Source: Fibrobacteria bacterium (GTDB lineage: Bacteria > Fibrobacterota > Fibrobacteria > UBA11236). From it: a stretch of 60,710 nt of DNA. Both the position numbers and the translations under genes were made by a program. The stretch's first letter is position 1. Each line of letters starts with the position of its first letter. The notes beneath the pieces are model-generated. The model was not told the DNA's origin and did not search any database. It saw nothing but the letters and a program-made list of their open reading frames with translations. Positions 9,981 through 21,682 of this stretch are shown piece by piece. The DNA lies in assembly GCA_050486505.1 (NCBI GenBank), contig JBJHDK010000006.1:1-60710 (forward strand). Direction: 5' to 3'.

Positions 9981-11555
9981 TTAAGCCGCCGGATTCGGGG
10001 TCGTGAGTTCCTCGCCCGACTTCGTCACATACACATGGAACTCGTCGAGGTTGGCTTCGTCGTCCTCCAGCAGCTGGATCCGCGCCTTGTGGGTCGTTTC
10101 CAGATACTTGAAGATTTGCGCGCGGTTATCGATCAACATCTCGATCATGTGGGGATTGAGCGCCAGCGAGATGTCGGGCGTGCCCTTCTTCGCGCGGTGA
10201 CGGCGCAACCAGCGGTCGATCGAGGCCAGCACCAGTTCGCGCGAGGGGATGTATCCGGAACCGTGGCAGGTCGGGCAGACCAAGGTCTGCTCCTGCACCG
10301 CATCAGGGCGGATGCGCTTGCGGGTGATTTCCATCAGACCGAACTGCGACAACGGAGCGAAGGACACCGGAGCCGTATCCTGCCGAATGGCCTTCTTGAA
10401 CTCGCGCACCACGGCTTCCTTGTCTTCCTCGGAATCCATGTCGATGAAGTCGACCACCAGCAAGCCACCCATGTCGCGCAGGCGCATCTGCTTCGCAACC
10501 TCCCACGCCGCGTCAAGGTTGGTCTCCAGGATGTTCTTCGCTTGGTCGCGGCCGCGCACCTTCCCGCCGGTGTTGACATCGATGGCTGTCAAGGCCTCGG
10601 TGCGGTCGATGAGCAGATAGCCGCCCCGCTTGAGCGGCACGCGACGCTGAAAATTCTTCTCGAGCTCTTCTTCGATGCCGAAGTGATCGAAAAGCGATTC
10701 ATCTCCCGTGTAAAGCTTGACCTTCCCCACCTTGTCGGGGGACAGCACCTTCAGGTAGCCCACCACGGTCGCGCACTCGGTGCGGTCGTCGATCCACACG
10801 GCATCGACGTCTTCGGAGAAGTAGTCGCGCAGCGTCGTCTCGCTGGAATCACTCTCCTTGTGCACGAGGGAGGGCGACGGCAACGTGGCGGCGGCCTGCT
10901 TGCAGGCCTCCCACTTCGCCTCGAGAATCTTCATCTGCTTGGCGAACTCGGCTTCACTCTCATTGAGGCCGTTGGTCCGCACGATGTAACCGCATTCAGG
11001 GGACTTCAGTTCCCGGATCATGCGCTTGAGGGCACGTCGGTGCTGGGGGTCGCGCGCCTTCTTGCTCACGCCGATGAAGTCTGACCCGGGCATGCACACC
11101 AGGAACGGCCCGGCGAAAGACAAGTGGGTGGTGAGGCGGGGACCCTTCGTACCGATGGGTTCCTTGGTGATCTGCACCAGGACTTCCTGCCCGACCTTCA
11201 GAAGCTGGTCGATGGGCTTCCCGGTCTCTTCAGGCTCCGTGCGGGGGCGGCCCTCGTCTTCATCCTCGTCATCGGCCATCGAATCGTCGAGCAGAGAGCG
11301 GTTCTCCACGTCCTCGACGTGCAGGAACCCTGCCTTCTCGAGTCCCAGATCGACGAATGCCGCCTGCAGGCCAGGAAGCACTGCATTGACGACGCCCTTG
11401 TAGACATCACCGACTAGGCGGGAGGAATCGGGCCTCTCGTAAAAAACTTCGCTGAGGCGGCCATCCTCGAGGATGGCGATGCGCTTCTCGTACGGCCGCA
11501 CATTGATGAGAATTTCCCGCTTGGAGCGGGAATTTCCACGATGGGAGTTTCCCAT
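9981..11555 (-). CDS. rng: Rne/Rng family ribonuclease (RNase G-like, no long C-terminal scaffold)
   Basis: S1 domain 'GDVYKGVV..LQAAFVD', 'KEPIGTKGPRLT', 'IDVNTG', 'RLRDMGGLLVVDFIDM', 'CPTCHGSG'. Confidence 0.93.
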   Translation of the reverse strand: MGNSHRGNSRSKREILINVRPYEKRIAILEDGRLSEVFYERPDSSRLVGDVYKGVVNAVLPGLQAAFVDLGLEKAGFLHVEDVENRSLLDDSMADDEDEDEGRPRTEPEETGKPIDQLLKVGQEVLVQITKEPIGTKGPRLTTHLSFAGPFLVCMPGSDFIGVSKKARDPQHRRALKRMIRELKSPECGYIVRTNGLNESEAEFAKQMKILEAKWEACKQAAATLPSPSLVHKESDSSETTLRDYFSEDVDAVWIDDRTECATVVGYLKVLSPDKVGKVKLYTGDESLFDHFGIEEELEKNFQRRVPLKRGGYLLIDRTEALTAIDVNTGGKVRGRDQAKNILETNLDAAWEVAKQMRLRDMGGLLVVDFIDMDSEEDKEAVVREFKKAIRQDTAPVSFAPLSQFGLMEITRKRIRPDAVQEQTLVCPTCHGSGYIPSRELVLASIDRWLRRHRAKKGTPDISLALNPHMIEMLIDNRAQIFKYLETTHKARIQLLEDDEANLDEFHVYVTKSGEELTTPNPAA

Positions 11556-11855
11556 AGGGTTCTTTCCTTGAAGTGGGGGCCCTGTTCCGGGCTGGAAAGC
11601 CGGAAAAACAGGGAGTTTATGTATGTCCAGAAGAAAAGCACTGTTTCCTTCGGTTTGTCCGCCTGAAATGAAAAAGCGGAAAAATCGGTGAAATTTGTGA
11701 CGGAGATCCGCCAATTTCAGGGGAAAAGTAAGAACTTTCGCGGAGAGAACCCCTCTTGCAGCAGGAATGCCCCGGAAAAGCCCGGATCGCCGTTCCCGGT
11801 TCCCGGGCGGGGAAGGAACCGGGCAGGATCCCCCCTCACCAAGGGATTCGCGCCC

Positions 11856-15560
<3,705 letters not shown>

Positions 15561-15597
15561 TAAATAATTCTCCGTTGTCGACTCTGTGTCTCAGTGG

Positions 15598-15720
15598 GCA
15601 ATACAACAATGCAGCAATAAGCGCGGGGCCCCTTTCGGGGTGTTGTGATCAGGAAGCGTGCCCCCCCTCAATACTTCTTCATTCCCCTGTTGCTGTATTG
15701 TTGTACTGTTGTACTACTGC
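15598..15720. repeat. Inverted pair of 8-bp tandem repeat arrays between the regulator and metH
   Basis: GCAATACA ACAATGCA GCAATAAG ... TGTTGCTG TATTGTTG TACTGTTG TACTACTG; the regulator stop codon lies in the array. Confidence 0.75.
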
Positions 15721-16697
15721 TCACTCTTCTCCCCCACCACCAAAACTCCCTCCAGGTCGGGATACTCGGGCGAGGGTGGCGTGATTTCAAAATGTTCGAG
15801 GCGAAGGCCCGCGGAGCGAACCCAGCCCTTGAGGTCCGACTCCGAGAACCCCAGCCAAAAATCGCCGAACTTTCCGCGCAGCCAGTCCTCTTCGTGCGCG
15901 AGCAGGTCGAGGATCAGAAGCTTCCCCCCGGGCGCGAGCAGGCGATGCGCCTCGCGGATCACCGCGGCGGGCTTGGCCGCATGATGAAGCGACTGGGAAA
16001 GTAGGGCGATGTCGAAGGACGCATCCGGCAGGCCGGTCGCCTCCATGGGCGCCAGGATGAAAACGGGCGAGTGTCCGTTTTCATCCTGCAGGGGCGAACC
16101 GTGGCTCGCCCTCACGGCGGCCTGGCCGGATCGCGCCAGCTTGATCTGCTCCTCGCTGTTATCGACGCCCGTCACCGTGTTGCCCGCGGCGGCGAACTCG
16201 CGCGCCAGGCGGCCGCTCCCGCAGCCGAGGTCGACCACGCGGCGGCCGGAGAGCATGCGGATGACACCCAGTGCCAGCGCCTGCCCGGTCTGTCCGGGCG
16301 AGGGCATGTTCTGCATGGCCTGGCGGTTGAAAAAGTCGCGCGAGGTCTCGGAGCGTTCGCCCAGGGTCTTCTCGAGGTGGCGGCGGTCACGCGCATGCCA
16401 CTTCGCCGCGCGCGTGTTTTCCAGGGCGGCCTGCAACAGGCCGAGCTTGCGCGACTCCTGGTCGAAGGGAATGCGGTAGAACACCTTTTGCCCTTCGCGA
16501 CGGCTGGCGACGAGGTTTTGTTCCTTGAGCAGGCCGAGCTGGGAAGACAAGGTGCTTTGTCCGATGCCGAGGATTTTCTGGATCTCGCCGACGGCCAGTT
16601 CGTTGTCCTGCAACAGGGCGAGCACACGCAGGCGCGTCTCGTCGCCGAGTAGCTTGTAGACGGCGGTCAGCTCGTCGATGTCGAGTCCGGAATCCAT
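15714..16697 (-). CDS. ArsR-HTH + SAM-methyltransferase-fold regulator (SahR-like)
   Basis: N-terminal 'LGDETRLRVLALL..STLSSQLGLL'; C-terminal 'VVDLGCGSG', 'SLHH', 'PGGKLLILDL'; directly upstream of metH. Confidence 0.88.
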   Translation of the reverse strand: MDSGLDIDELTAVYKLLGDETRLRVLALLQDNELAVGEIQKILGIGQSTLSSQLGLLKEQNLVASRREGQKVFYRIPFDQESRKLGLLQAALENTRAAKWHARDRRHLEKTLGERSETSRDFFNRQAMQNMPSPGQTGQALALGVIRMLSGRRVVDLGCGSGRLAREFAAAGNTVTGVDNSEEQIKLARSGQAAVRASHGSPLQDENGHSPVFILAPMEATGLPDASFDIALLSQSLHHAAKPAAVIREAHRLLAPGGKLLILDLLAHEEDWLRGKFGDFWLGFSESDLKGWVRSAGLRLEHFEITPPSPEYPDLEGVLVVGEKSEQ

Positions 16698-16707
16698 GGC
16701 CCGCAAT

Positions 16708-16735
16708 ATATCAATATATCGCGATATTTAGATGT
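16708..16735. promoter_or_regulatory. Probable SahR-type operator(s)
   Basis: ATATC-N10-GATAT (16708-16727) and overlapping ATATC-N10-GATGT (16716-16735) just upstream of the regulator start. Confidence 0.65.
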
Positions 16736-17147
16736 ATTGGGGTTTTCGCTGGGATTAAGGGGGTTTTGGGGCCCCGTGAAGCCTGGATCGAACTTCCGGC
16801 CGCCCCCTCGGGAACCAACGAACGCCAATCAAGGTTCGAACGAAAAGATCGCCGCCCTCAGGTCTTCCGTTTCGTCATTCGCGCCGTATCCTTCAATCTC
16901 CTCCTGCACAATCTCCCTGAAGTCGGGGTCCTCTCTTACCGCGGAGACGACCGCCCGCCGGATGCATTGGCGAGCCTTCTCGTTGAGGGGACTCTCATTG
17001 GTTCTCGTCCCGAACGCGAAGGCCGAACACGCCACAATAATTAATTCGAAACACCCTAGCAGCCGCCTTGCCACTTTGCCGTACTCCTGCCTTGCCCACG
17101 ACCCACTTTCATTGTTCGCTCCCCCCTTCCTTCCTACTTTCCCGTCC

Positions 17148-17594
17148 ATGACGAAATCACTCTTTCTTTCCGCGATCGCCCCCCTTCTCCTGTTCGCCTG
17201 TTCTTCCGAAACGCCTGACATTCAGCAATCCCGCACACCTTCCGCAGCCGGCCCTGTCGTGATCGACGGCGATGGATGGTCCTCGGTGCGGGTGGCCTAC
17301 ATCTGCGACGATGAGAAAAGATTGGAGGTGGCCTACCTCTACATTCGCGATGAGCGCCCCGAAGCGCCCGCGGACGCGCTGCCCCGCCTCAGTTTCGCAA
17401 CCCTTCACTTTGATGGCGGCACGCACCTCATGCACGCGCGCATGCTCACCTCCGGGGAGGTGTACATCGCGGTCGACGAGCAGCGCAGCTACCGCTGGCG
17501 CTCCCGGGGAGATGTCGGGGTCCTGACGTTCATGGAAGCGGACGACACTGCCCGTGAGCAAACAGTTCTGGACAACTGTATCGCCGAGTGGTAA
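17148..17594 (+). CDS. MliC/PliC-like lipoprotein (lysozyme inhibitor family)
   Basis: Lipobox 'LFAC'; 'YICDD', 'SGEVY', 'YRWRSRG', terminal Cys. Confidence 0.7.
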   Translation: MTKSLFLSAIAPLLLFACSSETPDIQQSRTPSAAGPVVIDGDGWSSVRVAYICDDEKRLEVAYLYIRDERPEAPADALPRLSFATLHFDGGTHLMHARMLTSGEVYIAVDEQRSYRWRSRGDVGVLTFMEADDTAREQTVLDNCIAEW

Positions 17595-17706
17595 TCCCCG
17601 ACCGGGGGTTGCGGGGAGAGCCCCCGTTCGGCCTTGAATCTGCCCGAAAAAAGCGATTCTAGCCCCTTATCGAGATGTCTGGACAGGAGAGGCGAGACCG
17701 GCTATT

Positions 17707-17722
17707 ATTTGTTTAAACGAAT
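17707..17722. promoter_or_regulatory. Palindromic operator upstream of pirin
   Basis: ATTTGTTTAAACGAAT near-perfect palindrome in an AT-rich promoter region. Confidence 0.4.
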
Positions 17723-17751
17723 ATATACCGCGACAATACTTGGAGGCATCC

Positions 17752-18624
17752 ATGTCAACGACAAAAAAAATCTCTGAAATCCTCCACAACAACCGCCAAC
17801 ACTGGGTCGGCGACGGATTTCCCGTGCGTTCACTCTTCGCCTACACCGCGCAGGGCGAACGCATCAGCCCCTTCCTCATGCTCGACTACGGCGGCCCGAC
17901 GTCGTTCCCGCCCACGGCGGAGCGCAAGGGCGTGGGCGAGCACCCGCACCGCGGCTTCGAAACCGTGACCATCGTGTACGACGGCGAGGTCGAGCACCGC
18001 GACTCCGCGGGCGGCGGCGGCAAGATCGGCCCGGGCGATGTACAGTGGATGACGGCGGCCTCGGGCCTGGTGCACGAGGAGTTCCACGGGACCGAATACG
18101 CGAAATCGGGCGGCCCCTTCGAGATGGCGCAGCTGTGGGTAAACCTGCCGGCGAAGGACAAGATGACGGAGCCCGGTTACCAGGGCATCACGAGCGACCA
18201 GATTCCCGTGGTGAAGCTGCCGGGCGAAGCCGGTACCGTGCGCGTGATCGCGGGCGAGTATGCTGGGACGAAAGGCCCGGCGCGGACGTTCTCTCCGGTG
18301 GAGGTGTGGGACATACGTTTGCGGGGGGGCCGCGCTGCGGACCTCTCGATTCCCGAGGGATACACGTTGATGCTCGCGGTGTTCAAGGGACCGGTGCGGG
18401 TGAACGGTTCCGAGGAAGTCAAGGATGCCGAGGTCGCGCTGTTCGAGCGCACGGGCACGGAGTTCCGCATCGAGAGCGCGACGGACACGAAGATCCTGCT
18501 GTTGGCGGGGCAACCGCTGAATGAACCGATCGTGGGCTACGGGCCGTTCGTGATGAACACGGAAGACGAGATCCGCCAGGCGATTCAGGATTTTCAGACG
18601 GGCAAGATGGGGCGGTTGGGGTAG
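17752..18624 (+). CDS. Pirin family protein
   Basis: 'HPHRGFETVT', 'GDVQWMTA..GLVHEE', 'QLWVNLP', 'YGPFVMNT'. Confidence 0.95.
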   Translation: MSTTKKISEILHNNRQHWVGDGFPVRSLFAYTAQGERISPFLMLDYGGPTSFPPTAERKGVGEHPHRGFETVTIVYDGEVEHRDSAGGGGKIGPGDVQWMTAASGLVHEEFHGTEYAKSGGPFEMAQLWVNLPAKDKMTEPGYQGITSDQIPVVKLPGEAGTVRVIAGEYAGTKGPARTFSPVEVWDIRLRGGRAADLSIPEGYTLMLAVFKGPVRVNGSEEVKDAEVALFERTGTEFRIESATDTKILLLAGQPLNEPIVGYGPFVMNTEDEIRQAIQDFQTGKMGRLG

Positions 18625-18868
18625 GGCGGAACGTTTCTCGACGTAGACAGCCTTTTAACATTTGAGGTGCTTCGCGGGAGCGCACGCCTCATTACATGAG
18701 ACTCGCATCGAATTATGAAAGTTATACGCATAGCATAACTTTTATAATTCTGTTATGGTCAACATAAAAGCCAGTTACGCCTATCCCGAAAAATTAGGTT
18801 GCTATGGCTATAATGCCGTACTGGAGATCATCTGTGAAGAAAAGAATCATTGATGTGGAGGACTTCTC

Positions 18869-19366
18869 ATGCACGACTTAGCTCCCCGGGAAAACGCAAG
18901 TATCGAAAAGAGAAACGGCACAACCGTCGGCCCATATTCGGCCTCATTTGCAGGACTCACCATTTTCATATGGGATAAGAATGCCGATGTGACCGAGGGT
19001 GATGTGGTCGTAAGAAAACTTCCGAATGGAAACGAGGAACGTAGTACAGTGGTCGAAGCCACTTTCATTGATGGGAAAATCAAAGGGCCACATTTTCAAA
19101 TAAAGTATCAGCGAGGCAACCACGCGAACAATCAGTACCAAACCCAACACATCAATATCACGGGAACACAAGCAGCGGTTCAAATTGGAAGCCACAACTC
19201 ACAGAAAATCGTTAACGCCATTAATGAACTAGAAAAGAGCATCGAAGATTCGAACGCCTCTCCTGAAGAGAAAAGGACGGCAAAGTCACTGCTTAGGGAT
19301 CTAATAGAAAATCCAGTTGTTGCAGCAATCATTGGCGGAGCGACTGGGTCAATATTCCGACAATAG
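18869..19366 (+). CDS. AT-rich orphan protein with RHIM-like motif
   Basis: GGAGG RBS; beta-rich N-domain; 'HINITGTQAAVQIGSHNSQ'; helical C-terminus ending in Gly-rich hydrophobic 'PVVAAIIGGATG'. Confidence 0.75.
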   Translation: MHDLAPRENASIEKRNGTTVGPYSASFAGLTIFIWDKNADVTEGDVVVRKLPNGNEERSTVVEATFIDGKIKGPHFQIKYQRGNHANNQYQTQHINITGTQAAVQIGSHNSQKIVNAINELEKSIEDSNASPEEKRTAKSLLRDLIENPVVAAIIGGATGSIFRQ

Positions 19367-19378
19367 TTCAGTGTTCCA

Positions 19379-19639
19379 CTAACCGGATCCTGCACATGAG
19401 TTGAGCTGTTCTTCGTCACCCCTCTCCATCTCAGAAATCCCCTCCAGCAGCCGACGTGCGTTATTCCTGCTCCCCAGCAGATAACTCGTCTCCTCCATTG
19501 ACCGATACTCGGCCAAGGAAACGAGCACCACGGACTTCCCGTCACGGCGACGGACGACTACGGGTTCACGGTTTTCGGAAACCCGATCCAGCAGATCCGA
19601 CAGATTGAGCTGAGCAGCAGCCAAGGGGATAGAGTCCAT
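19379..19639 (-). CDS. Orphan Phd/YefM antitoxin
   Basis: 'LSDLLDRV..NREPVVV..VVLVSLAEYRSMEETSYLL.SRNNARRL'; no toxin follows. Confidence 0.85.
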   Translation of the reverse strand: MDSIPLAAAQLNLSDLLDRVSENREPVVVRRRDGKSVVLVSLAEYRSMEETSYLLGSRNNARRLLEGISEMERGDEEQLNSCAGSG

Positions 19640-19670
19640 TGACAACAATATAATTGTGCTCCGTCCGTAG

Positions 19671-19826
19671 CCTCCCGACATTCCGTGCAACCACTTCCGG
19701 AGAACGCGTGAAACCCGCGCGGCCGGGTGTCATTTCCAAGCGAATAACGGCCTTATCACCATGGCAGGACTCTTGCATGGCGACGGGATGCCGCGCGTGT
19801 GCGCGGCGGAACCCGGAACTCCCATG
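19671..19826 (+). repeat. Direct repeat copy 1 (~155 bp, contains sigma-54 promoter, RBS and ATG)
   Basis: Aligns by eye along its whole length with 20437-20596. Confidence 0.9.
19762..19777 (+). promoter_or_regulatory. Sigma-54 (-24/-12) promoter, copy 1
   Basis: TGGCAG-GACTC-TTGCA with canonical GG-N10-GC spacing. Confidence 0.7.
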
Positions 19827-19873
19827 CCTGCCCGCGAACCACGGACCACCGATCATGAACGCGCTTGTTGAGA

Positions 19874-19891
19874 CGTACGTAATTACGTACG
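19874..19891. promoter_or_regulatory. yefM-yoeB operator
   Basis: Perfect palindrome CGTACGTAATTACGTACG with GTAC cores, 20 bp upstream of the antitoxin ATG. Confidence 0.7.
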
Positions 19892-19911
19892 CTTTGGGCG
19901 GAGGATCCGCC

Positions 19912-20154
19912 ATGAAAACGCTCACCGCCAGCGCCGCGCGCGCCGCCCTGTACCAACTCCTCGACCAAACCGCCGAGACCCATGAACCCGTGCACATCGT
20001 CGGCAAACGCCATGACGCCGTCCTTGTTTCCGACGAAGACTGGCGCGCCATCCAGGAAACCCTTTACCTGCTCTCCGTGCCCGGAATGCGCGACTCGATC
20101 CGGAAGGGAATGAAAACTCCACTCGCCAAAACCTCGAAGAAGCTCGACTGGTGA
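19912..20154 (+). CDS. yefM: YefM/Phd antitoxin
   Basis: 'ASAARAALYQLLD..HEPVHIVGKR..AVLVSDEDWRAIQETLYLLSVPGM'. Confidence 0.92.
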   Translation: MKTLTASAARAALYQLLDQTAETHEPVHIVGKRHDAVLVSDEDWRAIQETLYLLSVPGMRDSIRKGMKTPLAKTSKKLDW

Positions 20155-20158
20155 CCGC

Positions 20159-20422
20159 GTGGGCTGGCAACTTCATTTCACCCGGCAGGCACAGAAGGAT
20201 GCCAAAAAACTCGCAGCCGCAGGACTGAGACCCAAGGCGGAAGCGCTTCTGAAAATTCTGGAATCCAATCCCTATCGCACTCCCCCGCCCTACGAGAAAC
20301 TCGTCGGCGATCTCGCCGGTGCGTGTTCGCGGCGCATCAACATCCAGCATCGCCTTGTGTATCAAGTGCTCCCGGATGAAAAAGCGGTGAAGATCCTGCG
20401 GCTGTGGACGCACTACGAATAA
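20159..20422 (+). CDS. yoeB: Txe/YoeB mRNA interferase toxin
   Basis: 'EKLVGDLAGACSRRINIQHRLVY..LWTHYE'. Confidence 0.93.
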   Translation: MGWQLHFTRQAQKDAKKLAAAGLRPKAEALLKILESNPYRTPPPYEKLVGDLAGACSRRINIQHRLVYQVLPDEKAVKILRLWTHYE

Positions 20423-20436
20423 ACTCTGGAGCCGCC

Positions 20437-20596
20437 CCTCCCGACACTCCGTGAAACCACTTCCGGAAAAAGCGTGAAACCCGCGCGCGACCGGGTGCCG
20501 TTTCCGGCCCGATAACAGCCTTTTCATCATGGCAGGACTCTTGCATGGCGACGGGATGCCGCGCATGTGCGCGGCGGAACTTGCGGAGCACCCATG
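20437..20596 (+). repeat. Direct repeat copy 2 (sigma-54 promoter at 20530-20545)
   Basis: Same module as 19671-19826; TGGCAGGACTCTTGCA is identical in both copies. Confidence 0.9.
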
Positions 20597-21043
20597 AACT
20601 TCCCCGAAGACAGCGAATCCCAGGACACCGTGCAGGAAATGCTCAACGATGTCAAACGGACGGAATTGCAGGAACGGTACGGCATGCAATTCCACCGGGT
20701 CGGCAATTCAAAGGCCCCGCCGGAAATCGAAGCACAGTGGCTCGATCACGTCGAGGAGTTCGAGCGCCAATTCGAGACCGCCGAAGAAATTCCCCTGCGG
20801 CAGTTCGTCGGGTTTCCTGAAACGGCACCCATCGAATCCCTCGCACCCGACGCAATCGAAGACGCGTTGGAAACCCTCCTCGAACACCTCGCAAAACATG
20901 AAGTCTTCGTCGACTTCCCCGACGAAGTCGAAGCACCCGAGGCCTACCGCTTCATCACGGAAGAGCTCCTCGACGAGCACGTGATCGACATCCGCATTCC
21001 GGGCATGCGCTGCCGGTTCCTCTACGAGGAGTTCCGGGCATGA
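20594..21043 (+). CDS. Acidic hypothetical protein
   Basis: GGAG RBS; 'PPEIEAQWLDHVEEFERQF', 'YRFITEELL', 'FLYEEF'. Confidence 0.75.
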   Translation: MNFPEDSESQDTVQEMLNDVKRTELQERYGMQFHRVGNSKAPPEIEAQWLDHVEEFERQFETAEEIPLRQFVGFPETAPIESLAPDAIEDALETLLEHLAKHEVFVDFPDEVEAPEAYRFITEELLDEHVIDIRIPGMRCRFLYEEFRA

Positions 21044-21090
21044 AGGCCGCCGTCCTTCCCGCGAAAAGGCACAGCCCCCGGGCGCAGGGA

Positions 21091-21119
21091 TTGACACCCG
21101 TGCCGGACCCCATTATCCT
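21091..21119 (+). promoter_or_regulatory. Sigma-70 promoter of the abrB-vapC pair
   Basis: TTGACA-N17-TATCCT. Confidence 0.6.
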
Positions 21120-21156
21120 ACCCTCGTCTTACTTTGATTTCGACGAGGTGCCCGAC

Positions 21157-21426
21157 ATGGAAACGACGCGTATTTCAAGCAAGGGGCAGGTGGTCATTCC
21201 CAAGGCCATGCGCACGGCGCTTCGCTGGTCGCCCGGGCAGGAGCTGGAGATCACCGAGACGAAGGATGGTGTCTTGCTGAAGCGCAGATCGCCGTTTCCC
21301 GAAACGACGATCGACGAGGTGGCCGGCTGCCTGTGGCGGCCGGGGATGAAGGCGAAGAGCGTGGAGGAAATCAACCGGCTGACACACAAGGGGATTCGGG
21401 AGGCCTGGAACAATGATCGGCGTTGA
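21157..21426 (+). CDS. AbrB/MazE/SpoVT-type antitoxin
   Basis: 'TTRISSKGQVVIPKAMR..L.W.PGQEL'. Confidence 0.9.
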   Translation: METTRISSKGQVVIPKAMRTALRWSPGQELEITETKDGVLLKRRSPFPETTIDEVAGCLWRPGMKAKSVEEINRLTHKGIREAWNNDRR

Positions 21427-21682
21427 CACCAACATCCTGGTGCGCTTTCTGGCACGCGACCACGCCCCCCAATACCAGGCGGCGCGCGCGATCATGGAAT
21501 CCGGGCAGGTTTTTGTTCCGGAATCCGTTCTCCTTGAAACCGAATGGGTGCTTCGCGGGATCTACAAGTTCTCCTCGCCGGAGATTCGTCGGGCCCATGA
21601 GATTAATTTTGCCGCGTCGCGAAGAACGTCGGGAATACACCGGAGGCACTATGAAACCCGAAAAACGAAAAACCATTCGTAA
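21413..21682 (+). pseudogene. Truncated PIN/VapC toxin
   Basis: 'MIGVDTNILVRFL..D..Q..VLLETEWVL'; similarity stops after about 60 aa and the C-terminal acidic residues are missing. Confidence 0.75.

Noticed and set aside
15561-15713. SAM or cobalamin riboswitch upstream of metH
   Set aside because: No recognisable S-box or B12-box; the repeat arrays explain the structure.
16829-17040. Possible short minus-strand protein (…EKARQCIRRAVVSAVREDPDFREIVQEEIEGY…)
   Set aside because: Composition is protein-like, but there is no clear start, RBS or family; it may be a fragment.
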